From a virus, in the IMG/VR virus record IMGVR_UViG_3300040751_002066, positions 4,930 to 68,929 of that record: DNA of 64,000 nucleotides. The stretch is one strand, 5' to 3'. The notes beneath the pieces were generated by a model. The model saw only the letters and a program-made list of their open reading frames with translations. It was not told the origin of the DNA and did no database searches. The position numbers and the translations under genes were made by a program. Every line of letters starts with the position of its first letter. Within the stretch, counting starts at the first letter, position 1. This document shows positions 27,192 to 36,851 of the stretch, piece by piece.

Positions 27192-27504
27192 TGTGGTGCC
27201 AGTCGAACTCGTTCAACTTTTCGGAGAGGGTGGCGTAGTGGTCGATCCCCGTCGCGTCCTCGAGGAAGTCGGAGACCATTACGCGGGTCGCCTCGTCATG
27301 TAGGATCGAGGAAGATCGGATAGTAACACCGATCCACTTGATCCATACTTCGTAGAACTCGTGCTTCGGGTTTCCGTCGCGGTGCGGGGACACGGTCACC
27401 GACACCCGGACCCCGTCACGGGTCAGGACTTTTTTGGATTCGAGTTTGAACTCCGTCAGGGTTGTTCGCTTCATGGGGGTCTTTATGTTTTGATCACTGC
27501 TCAT
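27184..27504 (-). CDS. Hypothetical protein
   Basis: Start reassigned to ATG 27504, which follows the A/C-rich leader AACCAAACCAAAATG. Confidence 0.65.
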   Translation of the reverse strand: MSSDQNIKTPMKRTTLTEFKLESKKVLTRDGVRVSVTVSPHRDGNPKHEFYEVWIKWIGVTIRSSSILHDEATRVMVSDFLEDATGIDHYATLSEKLNEFDWHHNG

Positions 27505-27514
27505 TTTGGTTTGG

Positions 27515-27814
27515 TTAGTAAGAGGGTTGGATGTGGGTCTTGGCCCACTCAATGTCCGAACGGCGCACGCATTTTTTTGCGAGGCCACGTAGCGTTCGGC
27601 GGTGTGCAGGGGTGAGTCTCTTGTGTTTATCAAGATACGTCAAGGCCTGCGTACTTGGGGTTACAAAGGGGCTGCACCGCCCGCCTTGGTCGGCGGGTCG
27701 GTCGGTCCAGTTTAGGAAAAGGATACCGGCCCGGATAAGGGGTATGTCTGTTTCTTTTATTTCATCTCGGTTTGGGTAGTCTAGTAGTTCTTGAATTCTC
27801 TGTTGCTCAGTCAT
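27515..27814 (-). CDS. Hypothetical protein
   Basis: 99-aa ORF in the operon. Confidence 0.6.
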   Translation of the reverse strand: MTEQQRIQELLDYPNRDEIKETDIPLIRAGILFLNWTDRPADQGGRCSPFVTPSTQALTYLDKHKRLTPAHRRTLRGLAKKCVRRSDIEWAKTHIQPSY

Positions 27815-27922
27815 CGTCTAGGGTGTATGGCTGGGCCTCCCCCTCCCCCTTCCTACGTGGGATGAGTTGAAGGGGCAGGCGTACCAGATACGCGAGGATG
27901 AGGAGTGCCACGAACGAAGACA

Positions 27923-28840
27923 TTACTCGCTCTTAAATGCGTGGGTCAGGACCTGATCCTTGTACCATTCGGGGAGACCGGAAATCACCCCCCGCTTTAT
28001 GGCGGGCCAGAAGTGCGTGAAGAGAACTTGCTTGATGGCATCCTCTTCTTCCTCCTTGATGTCGGTCTGCGCCGCAACGATTAGCTTCCCGATGTCTTGG
28101 GGTGTCTCAGTCAGGACACCTTCCTCGCGAAGGTGTTGCACCGCTTTCTGCCAGCGGGCCTCCGTTCGAAGCTGTTCAATGAGGTGAGTCACGACATCTT
28201 TAGTAGATGGGTTGGACTTCTTCCATTCTCCTTGGTGCTTCTCTTTGAACGCTTCACTCACGAACTTGCCGACACAGAACCGTTGGTCCACCGAGTTGAA
28301 CTGGTGGTAATTCTTTGCGACGACCCCCTCAACGTGTACCCCGCCAAGGAAGGAAGTCGTTTCCAGCAGGGCCTTGAGTTGCTCGCTTGTCTTGATGATG
28401 CCGTCGAACAAGACAGGCACCGAGTCGAGCCCGATCCGTGCGGCCTCTGCTTCCAGCGCCGCCGGAGTCGTGAACCCTTGGGCCGCCGAGTCTGGGTGTG
28501 CGTCGAACAGTACGAGATTCCCTTTGGGCTCTCGCTCATAGGCCAGCGTATTGTGCTTGGGACCTTGGAGGTACTCGGCCCGGTACACCCACCCCTCGTG
28601 GAGGAGGGCGGCGCGTTCCTGCACCGAGGCCACCGCCTTGGTGAACATCTTCTCCGGTGCGTCGAGCACCAGTTGTTTCCCCTTGGAGCGGCAGAAGATC
28701 TCGCCGTTTACTTTTCCGAAGGTGAACTGGCTACCGTCCACCTTCTCTTGGACCACGACTGGTCCGGTGAAGATGTTTGCGATGGCTCGGTGGCCGATGG
28801 GATATACTTTTCCGTAGGATGGTAATTGATAATTGCTCAT
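27923..28840 (-). CDS. RNA ligase (Rnl2-like nucleotidyltransferase)
   Basis: Motif I QEKVDGSQ, RAEY, LFD, VPVLFDG, motif IV EGVVAK, motif V GKFV...FKE. Confidence 0.85.
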   Translation of the reverse strand: MSNYQLPSYGKVYPIGHRAIANIFTGPVVVQEKVDGSQFTFGKVNGEIFCRSKGKQLVLDAPEKMFTKAVASVQERAALLHEGWVYRAEYLQGPKHNTLAYEREPKGNLVLFDAHPDSAAQGFTTPAALEAEAARIGLDSVPVLFDGIIKTSEQLKALLETTSFLGGVHVEGVVAKNYHQFNSVDQRFCVGKFVSEAFKEKHQGEWKKSNPSTKDVVTHLIEQLRTEARWQKAVQHLREEGVLTETPQDIGKLIVAAQTDIKEEEEDAIKQVLFTHFWPAIKRGVISGLPEWYKDQVLTHAFKSE

Positions 28841-28846
28841 AGTAAT

Positions 28847-29167
28847 TTAGGGTTGGGTTGGGTTGGCGACCATAGTAAGGGCAGGGGACTCGTGGTACCC
28901 CACCTCTACTTGGTCAAAGTCGTGGGCAAGGGCGGCACACAAGGACTCGATGCGTTGGTCGAGATCTTCGGCGCACACGTAGATCGTGAGGGAGGGTTCA
29001 TACTCCCCCCGCCAAAAGCCACTTGCGCCAATGACGGTGGCCCCCTCCACGTCGTACCCGGTGAGGAGGTCAGTGAGTTGGGTCAGTAACTTCTCGGGAG
29101 TGAACAATCTACGAACGTATTCACCGCCACGTGTGATGAGGCCGAGGTATATGGTATATGCTTTCAT
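28847..29167 (-). CDS. SAM-lyase-like / DUF3574-like protein
   Basis: IYLGL...GATV..ASGFWRGEYEPS...LAHDFDQVEV: the G-x-W..E and downstream Q-x-x-V pattern of phage SAM lyases. Confidence 0.55.
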   Translation of the reverse strand: MKAYTIYLGLITRGGEYVRRLFTPEKLLTQLTDLLTGYDVEGATVIGASGFWRGEYEPSLTIYVCAEDLDQRIESLCAALAHDFDQVEVGYHESPALTMVANPTQP

Positions 29168-29188
29168 GGTATTTAGTCTAGGTCTATT

Positions 29189-29374
29189 TTAGATTGGGTT
29201 CTTCATTTCTTGGTTGTTCGCGCTGCACTTACAAGATCGGATCTTTGCGCCACACTGGCGACACCAACCAATCCCGATTCCATTCTCCTTCCATTCGCCA
29301 GTCGTCTCGTCCCTGTAATAGCCCATGCGAGCCTCTACTGTTGGAACTTCGGCTTCGTTTTTTGGTGTATCCAT
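29189..29374 (-). CDS. Small Cys-rich hypothetical protein
   Basis: 61 aa with CxxC...CxC. Confidence 0.5.
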   Translation of the reverse strand: MDTPKNEAEVPTVEARMGYYRDETTGEWKENGIGIGWCRQCGAKIRSCKCSANNQEMKNPI

Positions 29375-29378
29375 ATTT

Positions 29379-30836
29379 TTATGTTAGGGTGATTGCCGCG
29401 AACTCCCCCCATGGGAAGTGCGACTTTGGTTTCTTGTATGAGAGCCACAGTACCGGGTACTCGGGCTCAGTCATTTGTTTGTGGTCTGTACACACCCCGT
29501 CGGTGAAGTAGATCAGCAACAGGGGGTCGATGCAAAGATGGTGGGGGTCTTCGGTGACCCAGTCGAACGCCGCCTTGAAGGAGGTGCCCCCTCCCCCTCG
29601 GAAAGAGGAGGGGACAGTCTCGCCAACTTCAAGTATGACGTGGTCCTTTACCTTATCGGAACAGGAGAGGAGGAGCAACCGGTTGGGTTCCACCTCGTCG
29701 AGGATGTACTGGTTCAGCTCAATGAACTTGTCCCACGCCTCCCGATTGATGGACCCGGAAGAGTCGGCGACGACAATGATGTCACCCACCTTCTTACCCT
29801 CCCGGCCGGGGGCACACAGACCGGACGCAACGTACACCCCGTGGTTGTAGGGTGCGAGCCACCCGTCTTCGCAACGGGTCTCAATGAACTGCTGGGCGTA
29901 GGATACCCAGTCTTGTGGAGAGGAGCTCTTGCGTTCACTGGCAATTCGGTTGGCAGTGTCGCCGCCCGACCCACACGCCGATTGCTCGACCGAGTCCTGA
30001 AACATGAGCCGTTCATTCTGTTCCTCGAGGCTGGTCTCCAGTTCTACTTGGTCCTCCCCTTCGCCAGCGACAGGGGCGAAGGTGTCGACACCTCCTGCAC
30101 CGGGTCGTGGGTCAGGGGCAGGGGAATCGGATCCGGGATCAGGAGGCCCAGCGTCAAGGTCGCCCCCGCCCCCGTCGCCAGCAGTGCCACCATCAGGTTG
30201 TCCTTGCGGATCTTCTTCTCGGTCGTCACCACTATCTCCTCCGGCCGGTTGATCACCGTCGGGGTGTTCGGGGGGATCGTCCGGGGAAGCTTGATTCGGG
30301 GGTTCTGGTCTATCAGGTGCATGGTCTTTGAGTAGGCGTTGGTATAGTTGCTCGGTGTTGTACCCATCCGAGAGGGTGGTGTCAAGTAACGCCCACTCCG
30401 GAACAGGGAACAGGGTTCGACGTCCGGGGTTGCGGGGGTCGTGGAGGCTCTCGAAGTTGTGTTCCCATATGATCTGGTTGATCACATAGTCAGCGGCTTG
30501 GTTCGCCACCTCGGGGCGGGTGAACTTGGAGAGCCGAACCCCGTGATTGAGCAGCGCATGGAGCGCCTCATGCAGCAGCAAGAACGCGACATATCCGACG
30601 CCATCTTGGAGCGTATCCTGCCCTTCGTTGAACATGTCATCCACCCCGTCCACGTTGAGCCACATGTAGATGCCATCCGTGGCCCCATACGGTACCTCTT
30701 CGGACCACACCCAGTTGAGACACATGAGCTTGGAGTAGGCGAGGGGCCAGTGGGTGGCGACCCTCCGGGTGGCCCGCTTCAACGGGTGGTCACGGTCCAG
30801 CCCCCGAAGATCTACTTGTTGGTCACAGTTCATCAT
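29379..30836 (-). CDS. DUF2201-type metallopeptidase plus VWA domain protein
   Basis: ATDG, LLHEALH, N.AAD.VIN, acidic Pro/Gly linker, MIDAS DSSGS, GGGGTSF, YFTDG. Confidence 0.9.
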   Translation of the reverse strand: MMNCDQQVDLRGLDRDHPLKRATRRVATHWPLAYSKLMCLNWVWSEEVPYGATDGIYMWLNVDGVDDMFNEGQDTLQDGVGYVAFLLLHEALHALLNHGVRLSKFTRPEVANQAADYVINQIIWEHNFESLHDPRNPGRRTLFPVPEWALLDTTLSDGYNTEQLYQRLLKDHAPDRPEPPNQASPDDPPEHPDGDQPAGGDSGDDREEDPQGQPDGGTAGDGGGGDLDAGPPDPGSDSPAPDPRPGAGGVDTFAPVAGEGEDQVELETSLEEQNERLMFQDSVEQSACGSGGDTANRIASERKSSSPQDWVSYAQQFIETRCEDGWLAPYNHGVYVASGLCAPGREGKKVGDIIVVADSSGSINREAWDKFIELNQYILDEVEPNRLLLLSCSDKVKDHVILEVGETVPSSFRGGGGTSFKAAFDWVTEDPHHLCIDPLLLIYFTDGVCTDHKQMTEPEYPVLWLSYKKPKSHFPWGEFAAITLT

Positions 30837-31399
30837 GACTGTATCTCCTCGAGCACGGGTTCAAGGGTGATCGACGAGTAATAGTACCCGGCCCGGGCAC
30901 GTTGCGCCGTCCAGACAGCGGCCTGCACCTGCGCCGGGGACCACCCAAGGGTGCGTGCCACCCATCCGATGCGCTTCTCCGCCTCGGTCTGGACACTCTT
31001 GTTACGGAGCTTGGCCGCAGGTACATTGAGGGCGTGCCCCATGTGGGTATCCAGTACCACCGCGTCTTCGTCTCCGAGCAGGGCGTGGGCGAAGCGACGG
31101 GTCTTCGGTCCCCGGATAGAGGACAGTGCGAACTGGGAATCCTTGGCCCGGTCGAAGGAGGCAGCCACTGAGGGCAGGACCCTCGGGTATATCCCATATA
31201 GGAACCACAAGAGGGTCAGCTTGATATTCTGCCGCACGCTTACTTGTGGCGAGAGTACGGCGAGAGCGACCACGAACTTGATTGTGTCCCAGCCATGGTT
31301 GCAGCAGGTTAGGTCAATGTCCGCGAGGGCCTCTGGGTACCATAGCTTTCCGTAGGACCCTTCAATCGCTAGTTGTAATATTTTTTGTTTTGAGGTCAT
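30833..31399 (-). CDS. Conserved phage protein with HhH-glycosylase-like motifs
   Basis: G..WY, AVLSPQVSV..N, GPKT..F..AL.G....VVLDTHM, AQVQAAVW; start reassigned to ATG 31399. Confidence 0.6.
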   Translation of the reverse strand: MTSKQKILQLAIEGSYGKLWYPEALADIDLTCCNHGWDTIKFVVALAVLSPQVSVRQNIKLTLLWFLYGIYPRVLPSVAASFDRAKDSQFALSSIRGPKTRRFAHALLGDEDAVVLDTHMGHALNVPAAKLRNKSVQTEAEKRIGWVARTLGWSPAQVQAAVWTAQRARAGYYYSSITLEPVLEEIQS

Positions 31400-31416
31400 G
31401 TTATTTTGAATAGGGG

Positions 31417-31692
31417 TTAGGCTGGGTTGCTGATTTCCACGGTGACTACCTCTCCCGGCGGGAGGGGCACCACGCGAAATGTAGTGTCGTCGGCGCGAGA
31501 CCATCCCCCTCCGGGGTAGGTGCGGGTAAGGTTCATAACCTCGTGATGAAACTTGGACTGGGTCCGCATCACTAGGTCACCATGGTATGAACCCCCCGGG
31601 GCGTGGATCCGGGCAATCTGGAGCGGTGCCAGACTAGACATAGGGATGACTTTTGGCTTGGCGTTTTCTTTGGTTGTAATAACTTTAATCAT
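31417..31692 (-). CDS. Hypothetical protein
   Basis: 91-aa ORF downstream of a dyad hairpin and an A/C-rich leader. Confidence 0.7.
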   Translation of the reverse strand: MIKVITTKENAKPKVIPMSSLAPLQIARIHAPGGSYHGDLVMRTQSKFHHEVMNLTRTYPGGGWSRADDTTFRVVPLPPGEVVTVEISNPA

Positions 31693-31776
31693 AATGGTTG
31701 TACTGTTTGGTTGTTGGTGGGGCGCCCCGCATACTAGTGTCGACCAGTATGCGGGGCGGGTTGGATTAGGTGGGGG

Positions 31777-32694
31777 CTACGCAGAGATGCCGAGGTCTCC
31801 GAGGATACTTTGGGAAACGGTTCCCACCGCTGCCTTGGCAGTGGCCTCAAGATCACGACGGTGGTCAGTGTCTCCGCGCACCACGTCAAGGTCCGCGTTG
31901 GCGATAGGCTCGAGGGCAGCAATAGCTTCGTCGAATCGCTCCGACTCGATCCAGTTATACTCCTTGGCCACCTCGAGTCGGGACCGGAGCTTCTCGAACC
32001 GGCTACGACGCACCCGGCAGTCGGAGCCGAGCACTCCGAGGATCCCTTGGTCCGTGTCACCCGCACCGGTGACGATGGCCAACAGCTCACGAAGCAGGTT
32101 CTCTTGTGCGTCTTGAAGGATGTGATTACGGGACTCTTCGACTTGGGCCCGGACCTTGGCCGCGACTTCCTCACTCACCCCTGCGAGTAGGATGTCCCCG
32201 GAGGTGGGGTCTGGGGTGTAGTCCAGCTTGTGGGTGAACTTGGCCGCCGCCACTTCCGCGGAAGGGAACTCGATGTCTTCACAGGCACTCGCCAGTTTCT
32301 TCTGGGACGCTGCGACAAGCGCCGGGTATTGCCGGCGAAGCTCGCCACGCAAGCGTTCGAGCTGGTCGTCGGCGTCGTCAAAGATCTCGTTCACTTCAGT
32401 CAAGCGGTCGGCTCGGACGAGGATGCCCCCGGTACTGAGCTTGAGTCCCAGCTTGTTGAGGTTGGCGAGAGTCTGTGCAAACAGCGAGAGCATCTGCCCG
32501 ATGGGAGTGCCCTTGGATTCGAACAGGCGGGCCACGGTGCGGAGCGCCTTCGGGTCGGCTCCGGTACGTTGGCAGTTCTCATTGGTGATACGCTTGTGGG
32601 TCACGGTGAGTCCGGTTCGAGTGGTCGAGTAGTGGACCAGAAGGTTACCGGTGACAGAGACAGGAGTAGAGGTAGTAGTAGTAGGAGTATTCAT
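31777..32694 (-). CDS. Helical protein (DUF3150-like) associated with the AAA+/VWA module
   Basis: 305 aa from ATG 32694; Y..LV......L......FPS.E....KF pattern; located between the VWA and AAA+ genes. Confidence 0.6.
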   Translation of the reverse strand: MNTPTTTTSTPVSVTGNLLVHYSTTRTGLTVTHKRITNENCQRTGADPKALRTVARLFESKGTPIGQMLSLFAQTLANLNKLGLKLSTGGILVRADRLTEVNEIFDDADDQLERLRGELRRQYPALVAASQKKLASACEDIEFPSAEVAAAKFTHKLDYTPDPTSGDILLAGVSEEVAAKVRAQVEESRNHILQDAQENLLRELLAIVTGAGDTDQGILGVLGSDCRVRRSRFEKLRSRLEVAKEYNWIESERFDEAIAALEPIANADLDVVRGDTDHRRDLEATAKAAVGTVSQSILGDLGISA

Positions 32695-32795
32695 AGTAAT
32701 AATATTTTTGTTGGTTGTTGGTTGTTGGTTGTTGGTTGTTGGTTGTTGGGTTGGGCCCCGCATACTAGTGGCGACCAGTATGCGGGGCAGTTGGA

Positions 32796-33488
32796 CTAGT
32801 GGTCAGTGTCTTCAGGGTAGTCGAACAGGTAGTTGCTTGGGTACTCCGTTTCGGGGCAGCACTCGGTTCCGTAGTTGGGGAACTTGACCCCCACCTCGGA
32901 ACCCCACTCTTCCCACACGTCTCCTACCCACACCCACTCTCCGGTCGGGGATTTCTCATGACCGTCGAATACCGCCGTGAAGTGGGCCTCGCCCCTGAAG
33001 GACAGACACCCGGGGTACCGAGGCGGGGGGTCTCCCCGGTACACTGTGTCGAGGGCCTCCATTAGTTGAGGGAGCGTAACCCCAAGGACCCTTGCCTTCC
33101 CCGCAAGGAACTCATTGACTGGAGGGTCGGGCCGGGTGGGCTGCGAAGCGGAGGCGTCCACCCCCTCAAGGTCCCACTCATGCCTGACTTCCTTCACCTT
33201 GTTGGGACTTACCAGTACCCACACGAGGGAACCAGTAGGGTAGGGTCCCCGGAAGGGGTCGCACACCCCAATGGGGGTGGCCTTGTGCCCCGCGTTGCGC
33301 TCTCGGTATGGTTGTTTAGACACCCGGTTGAAGTTTCCTTGGGGGTTGATGTACACCTCGTCCCCGGCACTCAAGGGGGCCGCCGCGTAACCGGAGAGGA
33401 TGGCTACGTGGATGGCGTCCTTAACACCCGGGGCTACGGGCGTGGTTCCGAGGGTGTTCTTCTTGTTAATCTGTGATGTGGTACTCAT
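32796..33488 (-). CDS. Hypothetical protein
   Basis: 230-aa ORF (KDAIHVAI...GVCDPF...RHEW). Confidence 0.75.
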   Translation of the reverse strand: MSTTSQINKKNTLGTTPVAPGVKDAIHVAILSGYAAAPLSAGDEVYINPQGNFNRVSKQPYRERNAGHKATPIGVCDPFRGPYPTGSLVWVLVSPNKVKEVRHEWDLEGVDASASQPTRPDPPVNEFLAGKARVLGVTLPQLMEALDTVYRGDPPPRYPGCLSFRGEAHFTAVFDGHEKSPTGEWVWVGDVWEEWGSEVGVKFPNYGTECCPETEYPSNYLFDYPEDTDH

Positions 33489-33491
33489 AAT

Positions 33492-33689
33492 TTATACAGT
33501 TGGTTTGGTTGGTCCGTCCATTGAGGCTGGACGGTTCGCCTTTCGGGTGGGGATTAGTAACTCGTCGCGTAACTCTTGGACGTTCTGTTCCAAAAGTACC
33601 AGTCGAGTGATCGCTTTGTTGAGCATCTGCTGAGTCTCGATGAGTCTCCTCTTCAGTGTTTCTTTTGAGACCATGGCTTGGGCTAACAT
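33492..33689 (-). CDS. Small coiled-coil protein
   Basis: 65 aa with a heptad pattern. Confidence 0.55.
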   Translation of the reverse strand: MLAQAMVSKETLKRRLIETQQMLNKAITRLVLLEQNVQELRDELLIPTRKANRPASMDGPTKPTV

Positions 33690-34222
33690 GGTATGGGTTC
33701 GAGTTCGAGGATGTATTCCGCATCCTTGTCCCCCGGGGTGATGCGGGAGACGGCAGCAACGGTGGCGAGTTGGGGGTCTGTCACTATCTGAATGCCGTAG
33801 CCAATGTATGGGCCCCCATCCGGGTCAATGAAGGACAGGTCTCCGTCCTCCTCCTCCCCCCACCGGCAACTTAGGGCCCCGACAAGAGACAGCTTGGCGT
33901 AGTGGGACCCGTCCTTCCGACGGTACACCTCGATGGGCCACCGCTTGTTGTACCGGGAGCGCAAGGCCCCCCTCCGTGTGCAGGTCGTCGGCCCGTTGTC
34001 TGGCTCAAGGTGCTCCTCGAGCCAGTCAAGTAGCTCGTCGCTGTCTGCGGTCTCGGTGTCAACCTTGGCGTCCCATCCGTGTGCCGTGTCGGTGTATCGG
34101 ATGAGGGTCATGTCGTTGTTTTGCGTGCCCCTCTCGACGGCGAGGAGCAGCCCCTCCCGTTGGAAGGTTACGCTGTCGGCGGGAGTTATTTCGTGGATTT
34201 CTCGTAGTTCTTTTAGGTTCAT
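33683..34222 (-). CDS. Hypothetical protein
   Basis: 179-aa ORF after a (CCAACAA)n leader. Confidence 0.7.
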   Translation of the reverse strand: MNLKELREIHEITPADSVTFQREGLLLAVERGTQNNDMTLIRYTDTAHGWDAKVDTETADSDELLDWLEEHLEPDNGPTTCTRRGALRSRYNKRWPIEVYRRKDGSHYAKLSLVGALSCRWGEEEDGDLSFIDPDGGPYIGYGIQIVTDPQLATVAAVSRITPGDKDAEYILELEPIPC

Positions 34223-34225
34223 TTC

Positions 34226-34660
34226 TTAGTTGGTTGTTGGTTGTTGGTTGTTACTAGTCTTGACCAGTATGTAGGGGACGTCGTATCGGACCCACATGAA
34301 TGCCCACTTGGCGTCGTGTATCGGTGAGGGGTCTGACTCCCCCACGACGGGTGCGGTGCGGAAGTACCCCGATACGTGTGGGTTGTACCATACCTGATGG
34401 GACCACCCGTGCCGGTATAGTTCGTGGTGTTCCGGAGGGAAGGCGAGCGGGAAGGAGGCCACGTCCCCCATGTCCGGGGCGGTCACGAAGGCGTGGACAT
34501 TCTTGCGTCCCTCCCTGATAACCCGCTGCCTTCCCCCCTCCTGAACCACGAACCGTGGACCATGGATCAGGATACAGGGAGTGTGGAACAGGACCCGGCC
34601 GCCTTGGCGCACGGAGAATAGTTTCTTGTGCAGGTTGAAGTAAACTTCTACTCGGCTCAT
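34226..34660 (-). CDS. Conserved phage hypothetical protein
   Basis: VYFNLHKKLFSV...GRQRVIREGRKNVHAFV, a motif recognisable from other phage early genes; the C-terminus runs through the dyad and CAA repeat. Confidence 0.75.
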   Translation of the reverse strand: MSRVEVYFNLHKKLFSVRQGGRVLFHTPCILIHGPRFVVQEGGRQRVIREGRKNVHAFVTAPDMGDVASFPLAFPPEHHELYRHGWSHQVWYNPHVSGYFRTAPVVGESDPSPIHDAKWAFMWVRYDVPYILVKTSNNQQPTTN

Positions 34661-34854
34661 GGCTCCCCTAACCTTTCCACTAGGATCTTCAGTGCCTCGT
34701 CCCGGTTGGGCGCCTCGAAAGGCGGGACCACTCGCAGCACAAAGGGGTTGTCTTGCACGTCGTAGGTGTAGTCCTTCGGATCATTAAAGTACCGCTTGAG
34801 GATGGCCTTGCCACTGCTGTGCCAGTAGCCCCACCATTTAATTGGTTCACTCAT
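34657..34854 (-). CDS. Hypothetical protein
   Basis: 65-aa ORF with overlapping start/stop codons. Confidence 0.65.
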   Translation of the reverse strand: MSEPIKWWGYWHSSGKAILKRYFNDPKDYTYDVQDNPFVLRVVPPFEAPNRDEALKILVERLGEP

Positions 34855-35110
34855 GGCTACTCACCCTTTCCCGCACTTCCTTTAGGATGGACCGGGCCTG
34901 CGAGGGGCCCACTGACTGTAACGCCCGGGGGCTTTCGTAGCTCACCCCAAGGAACCGTCCCTCGCTCCGCTCGAACGCGTCCCCAACCTTGGGAGTGTTG
35001 AGGTGGTTAGTGAGTATCTCATGCCCCTCCCCTTGGGGGGAGAGGAGAAGGACCCCCCGAAGCCCGAAGCTGTTCGTGTTCTCAGATATACTTATAACGT
35101 GGAATTTCAT
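34847..35110 (-). CDS. Hypothetical protein
   Basis: Start ATG 35110 after a CAA-rich leader. Confidence 0.65.
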   Translation of the reverse strand: MKFHVISISENTNSFGLRGVLLLSPQGEGHEILTNHLNTPKVGDAFERSEGRFLGVSYESPRALQSVGPSQARSILKEVRERVSSHE

Positions 35111-35163
35111 AATAGTTGTTTGGTTGTTAGTTGTTGGTTGTCGGTTGTTGGTTGGGTTGGTTG

Positions 35164-36291
35164 TTACGCACCTACTAGTTCTGCCCACATCTCAGGTCGG
35201 CGTTCAGGCACGTTGATGCCCCGTCTCTGGGCAGTGGACAACCCGTAAGCTGCGACCTCGGGGTTGAGTCTCGCCATGCCATCCATCGCCCAGTCCAGCT
35301 TACCGGAGTGAAGTGCGGCACCGACGTCGCTTATGCCGCGGGTGGCATATAGCAAGGCGCCACTCGCCAGCATGAACTGCTGGTCGCTACGCTTGGGGAC
35401 CGTGAACCCTTCCGGGTCTTTCTTCATGGCCTCGAAAGCGGGCCGGTCCTCGAGGACTGCCAAGAAGGCGAACAAGGCGTTGCTCGCCGCGTCCCCGACC
35501 CACCCTTGGACGTTCACCCGCGCCGCCTCTCTGGTGCAGCGTCCCTCTCGTTGGTGGATGAGAGTCTTCATGACCTCCTCCCATGCACGTGGGGAGGGCT
35601 GGGCGTTGGGGACGAGAGGGTCAAAATCGGACGGGTCTCCGAGGAAGTGATCCTTGTGGGCCTCCGAAGCGGATACGCTGTTGCCATACGCAATGAACGC
35701 AGGGACGAAGGTCTCCGCATACTCGGGGACTGAGTCGGCCCACCGCCACCAGTTGGCCGCGTCGGGAATCAAGGTAACAAGGCTCGCCCGTCGGCACTCC
35801 GGGATGGAGTACCGACCAACCGCCGCCCCGTCGCTGCGTCTGTTGGTTGTGAGTCCACAAACCACGTTGGGTCCGATGATGTGAGACCCGAGGTATCGGT
35901 GCTTACCGGCGGGCGGGGACAGTACCCCGTGGAACGCGGCCCGGACTTGTGGGTCCCAGTTTCCCCACTCGTCGAGCACCCAATACACGTGGCTGTCTCC
36001 GACCCTGTCCATGGTGGGGATTCCCTCGGGCTGGGAGAACACCATGTTGAGTATCTTGTCTTCCCACTTGGGGAGTCCGAGTCCAGTTACTTCGACCGGA
36101 CCTTTGCCTGCAAAGTTGGACAGGGTAACCGTGTCAAACAAGGGACGTGCGGCATTGGCCATGATGGTTGTCTTACCTACCCCGCTGGGTCCGAAGACCA
36201 TGAGGGTAGATTGGGTGGCCCGTTGCAGGGCTACTTGTTCCTCCAACTGGGGAGGGCTGATCGGATTTTCGTTTTTCATTTCTTTTTTCAT
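35164..36291 (-). CDS. MoxR-like AAA+ ATPase
   Basis: Walker A GPSGVGKT, Walker B WVLDE, TTNR..D.A, PSPRAWE. Confidence 0.88.
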   Translation of the reverse strand: MKKEMKNENPISPPQLEEQVALQRATQSTLMVFGPSGVGKTTIMANAARPLFDTVTLSNFAGKGPVEVTGLGLPKWEDKILNMVFSQPEGIPTMDRVGDSHVYWVLDEWGNWDPQVRAAFHGVLSPPAGKHRYLGSHIIGPNVVCGLTTNRRSDGAAVGRYSIPECRRASLVTLIPDAANWWRWADSVPEYAETFVPAFIAYGNSVSASEAHKDHFLGDPSDFDPLVPNAQPSPRAWEEVMKTLIHQREGRCTREAARVNVQGWVGDAASNALFAFLAVLEDRPAFEAMKKDPEGFTVPKRSDQQFMLASGALLYATRGISDVGAALHSGKLDWAMDGMARLNPEVAAYGLSTAQRRGINVPERRPEMWAELVGA

Positions 36292-36307
36292 TTCTTTGTT
36301 GGGTTAC

Positions 36308-36823
36308 TTAGTCACGGATACGGAGGGACTTCACGTCTACTCCCGCAAGGTCGGCCACCTCTTGCAAGGTGAGGGTGGTTTCCTTGGCGGGTTCGGGGAT
36401 GTGAGTACCGTGGTGATACCACTTCTTGGAGCCGTCGGACCACTCAATGGCGGGACCGTCTTCACGGTGGAACCGGCCGTTGAGGTACCACGACTTGGAG
36501 CCGTCGGACCACTCAATGGCGGGACCGTCTTCACGGTGGCGCTGGCCGTGGTGATACCACTCCTTGATGCCGTTGGGTTCCTCAATGGCGGGACCGTCCT
36601 CACGGTGGAGCTTGCCGTGGTGATACCATGACTGGGCGCCGTCGGCATACTCAACGGCGGGACCGTTCTCACGGTGGAGCTGGCCGTTGATGTACCACTC
36701 CTTGGTGCCGTTGGAATACTCAATGGCGGGACCGTCTTCACGGTGGTAGGTGGTAAGCTTACGGTTGGAATAGTAACGGCGGGTGCCGTTGGGGTCTACG
36801 TAGATGTATTGTTCTTTGATCAT
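36308..36823 (-). CDS. HREDGPA-repeat (MORN-variant-like) protein, copy A
   Basis: Five 23-aa HRE(D/N)GPA(I/V)E....K.WY..G repeats and a C-terminal LTLQEVA tail. Confidence 0.85.
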   Translation of the reverse strand: MIKEQYIYVDPNGTRRYYSNRKLTTYHREDGPAIEYSNGTKEWYINGQLHRENGPAVEYADGAQSWYHHGKLHREDGPAIEEPNGIKEWYHHGQRHREDGPAIEWSDGSKSWYLNGRFHREDGPAIEWSDGSKKWYHHGTHIPEPAKETTLTLQEVADLAGVDVKSLRIRD

Positions 36824-36851
36824 ATTCTTTGTTGGTTGTTGGTTGGATGGG

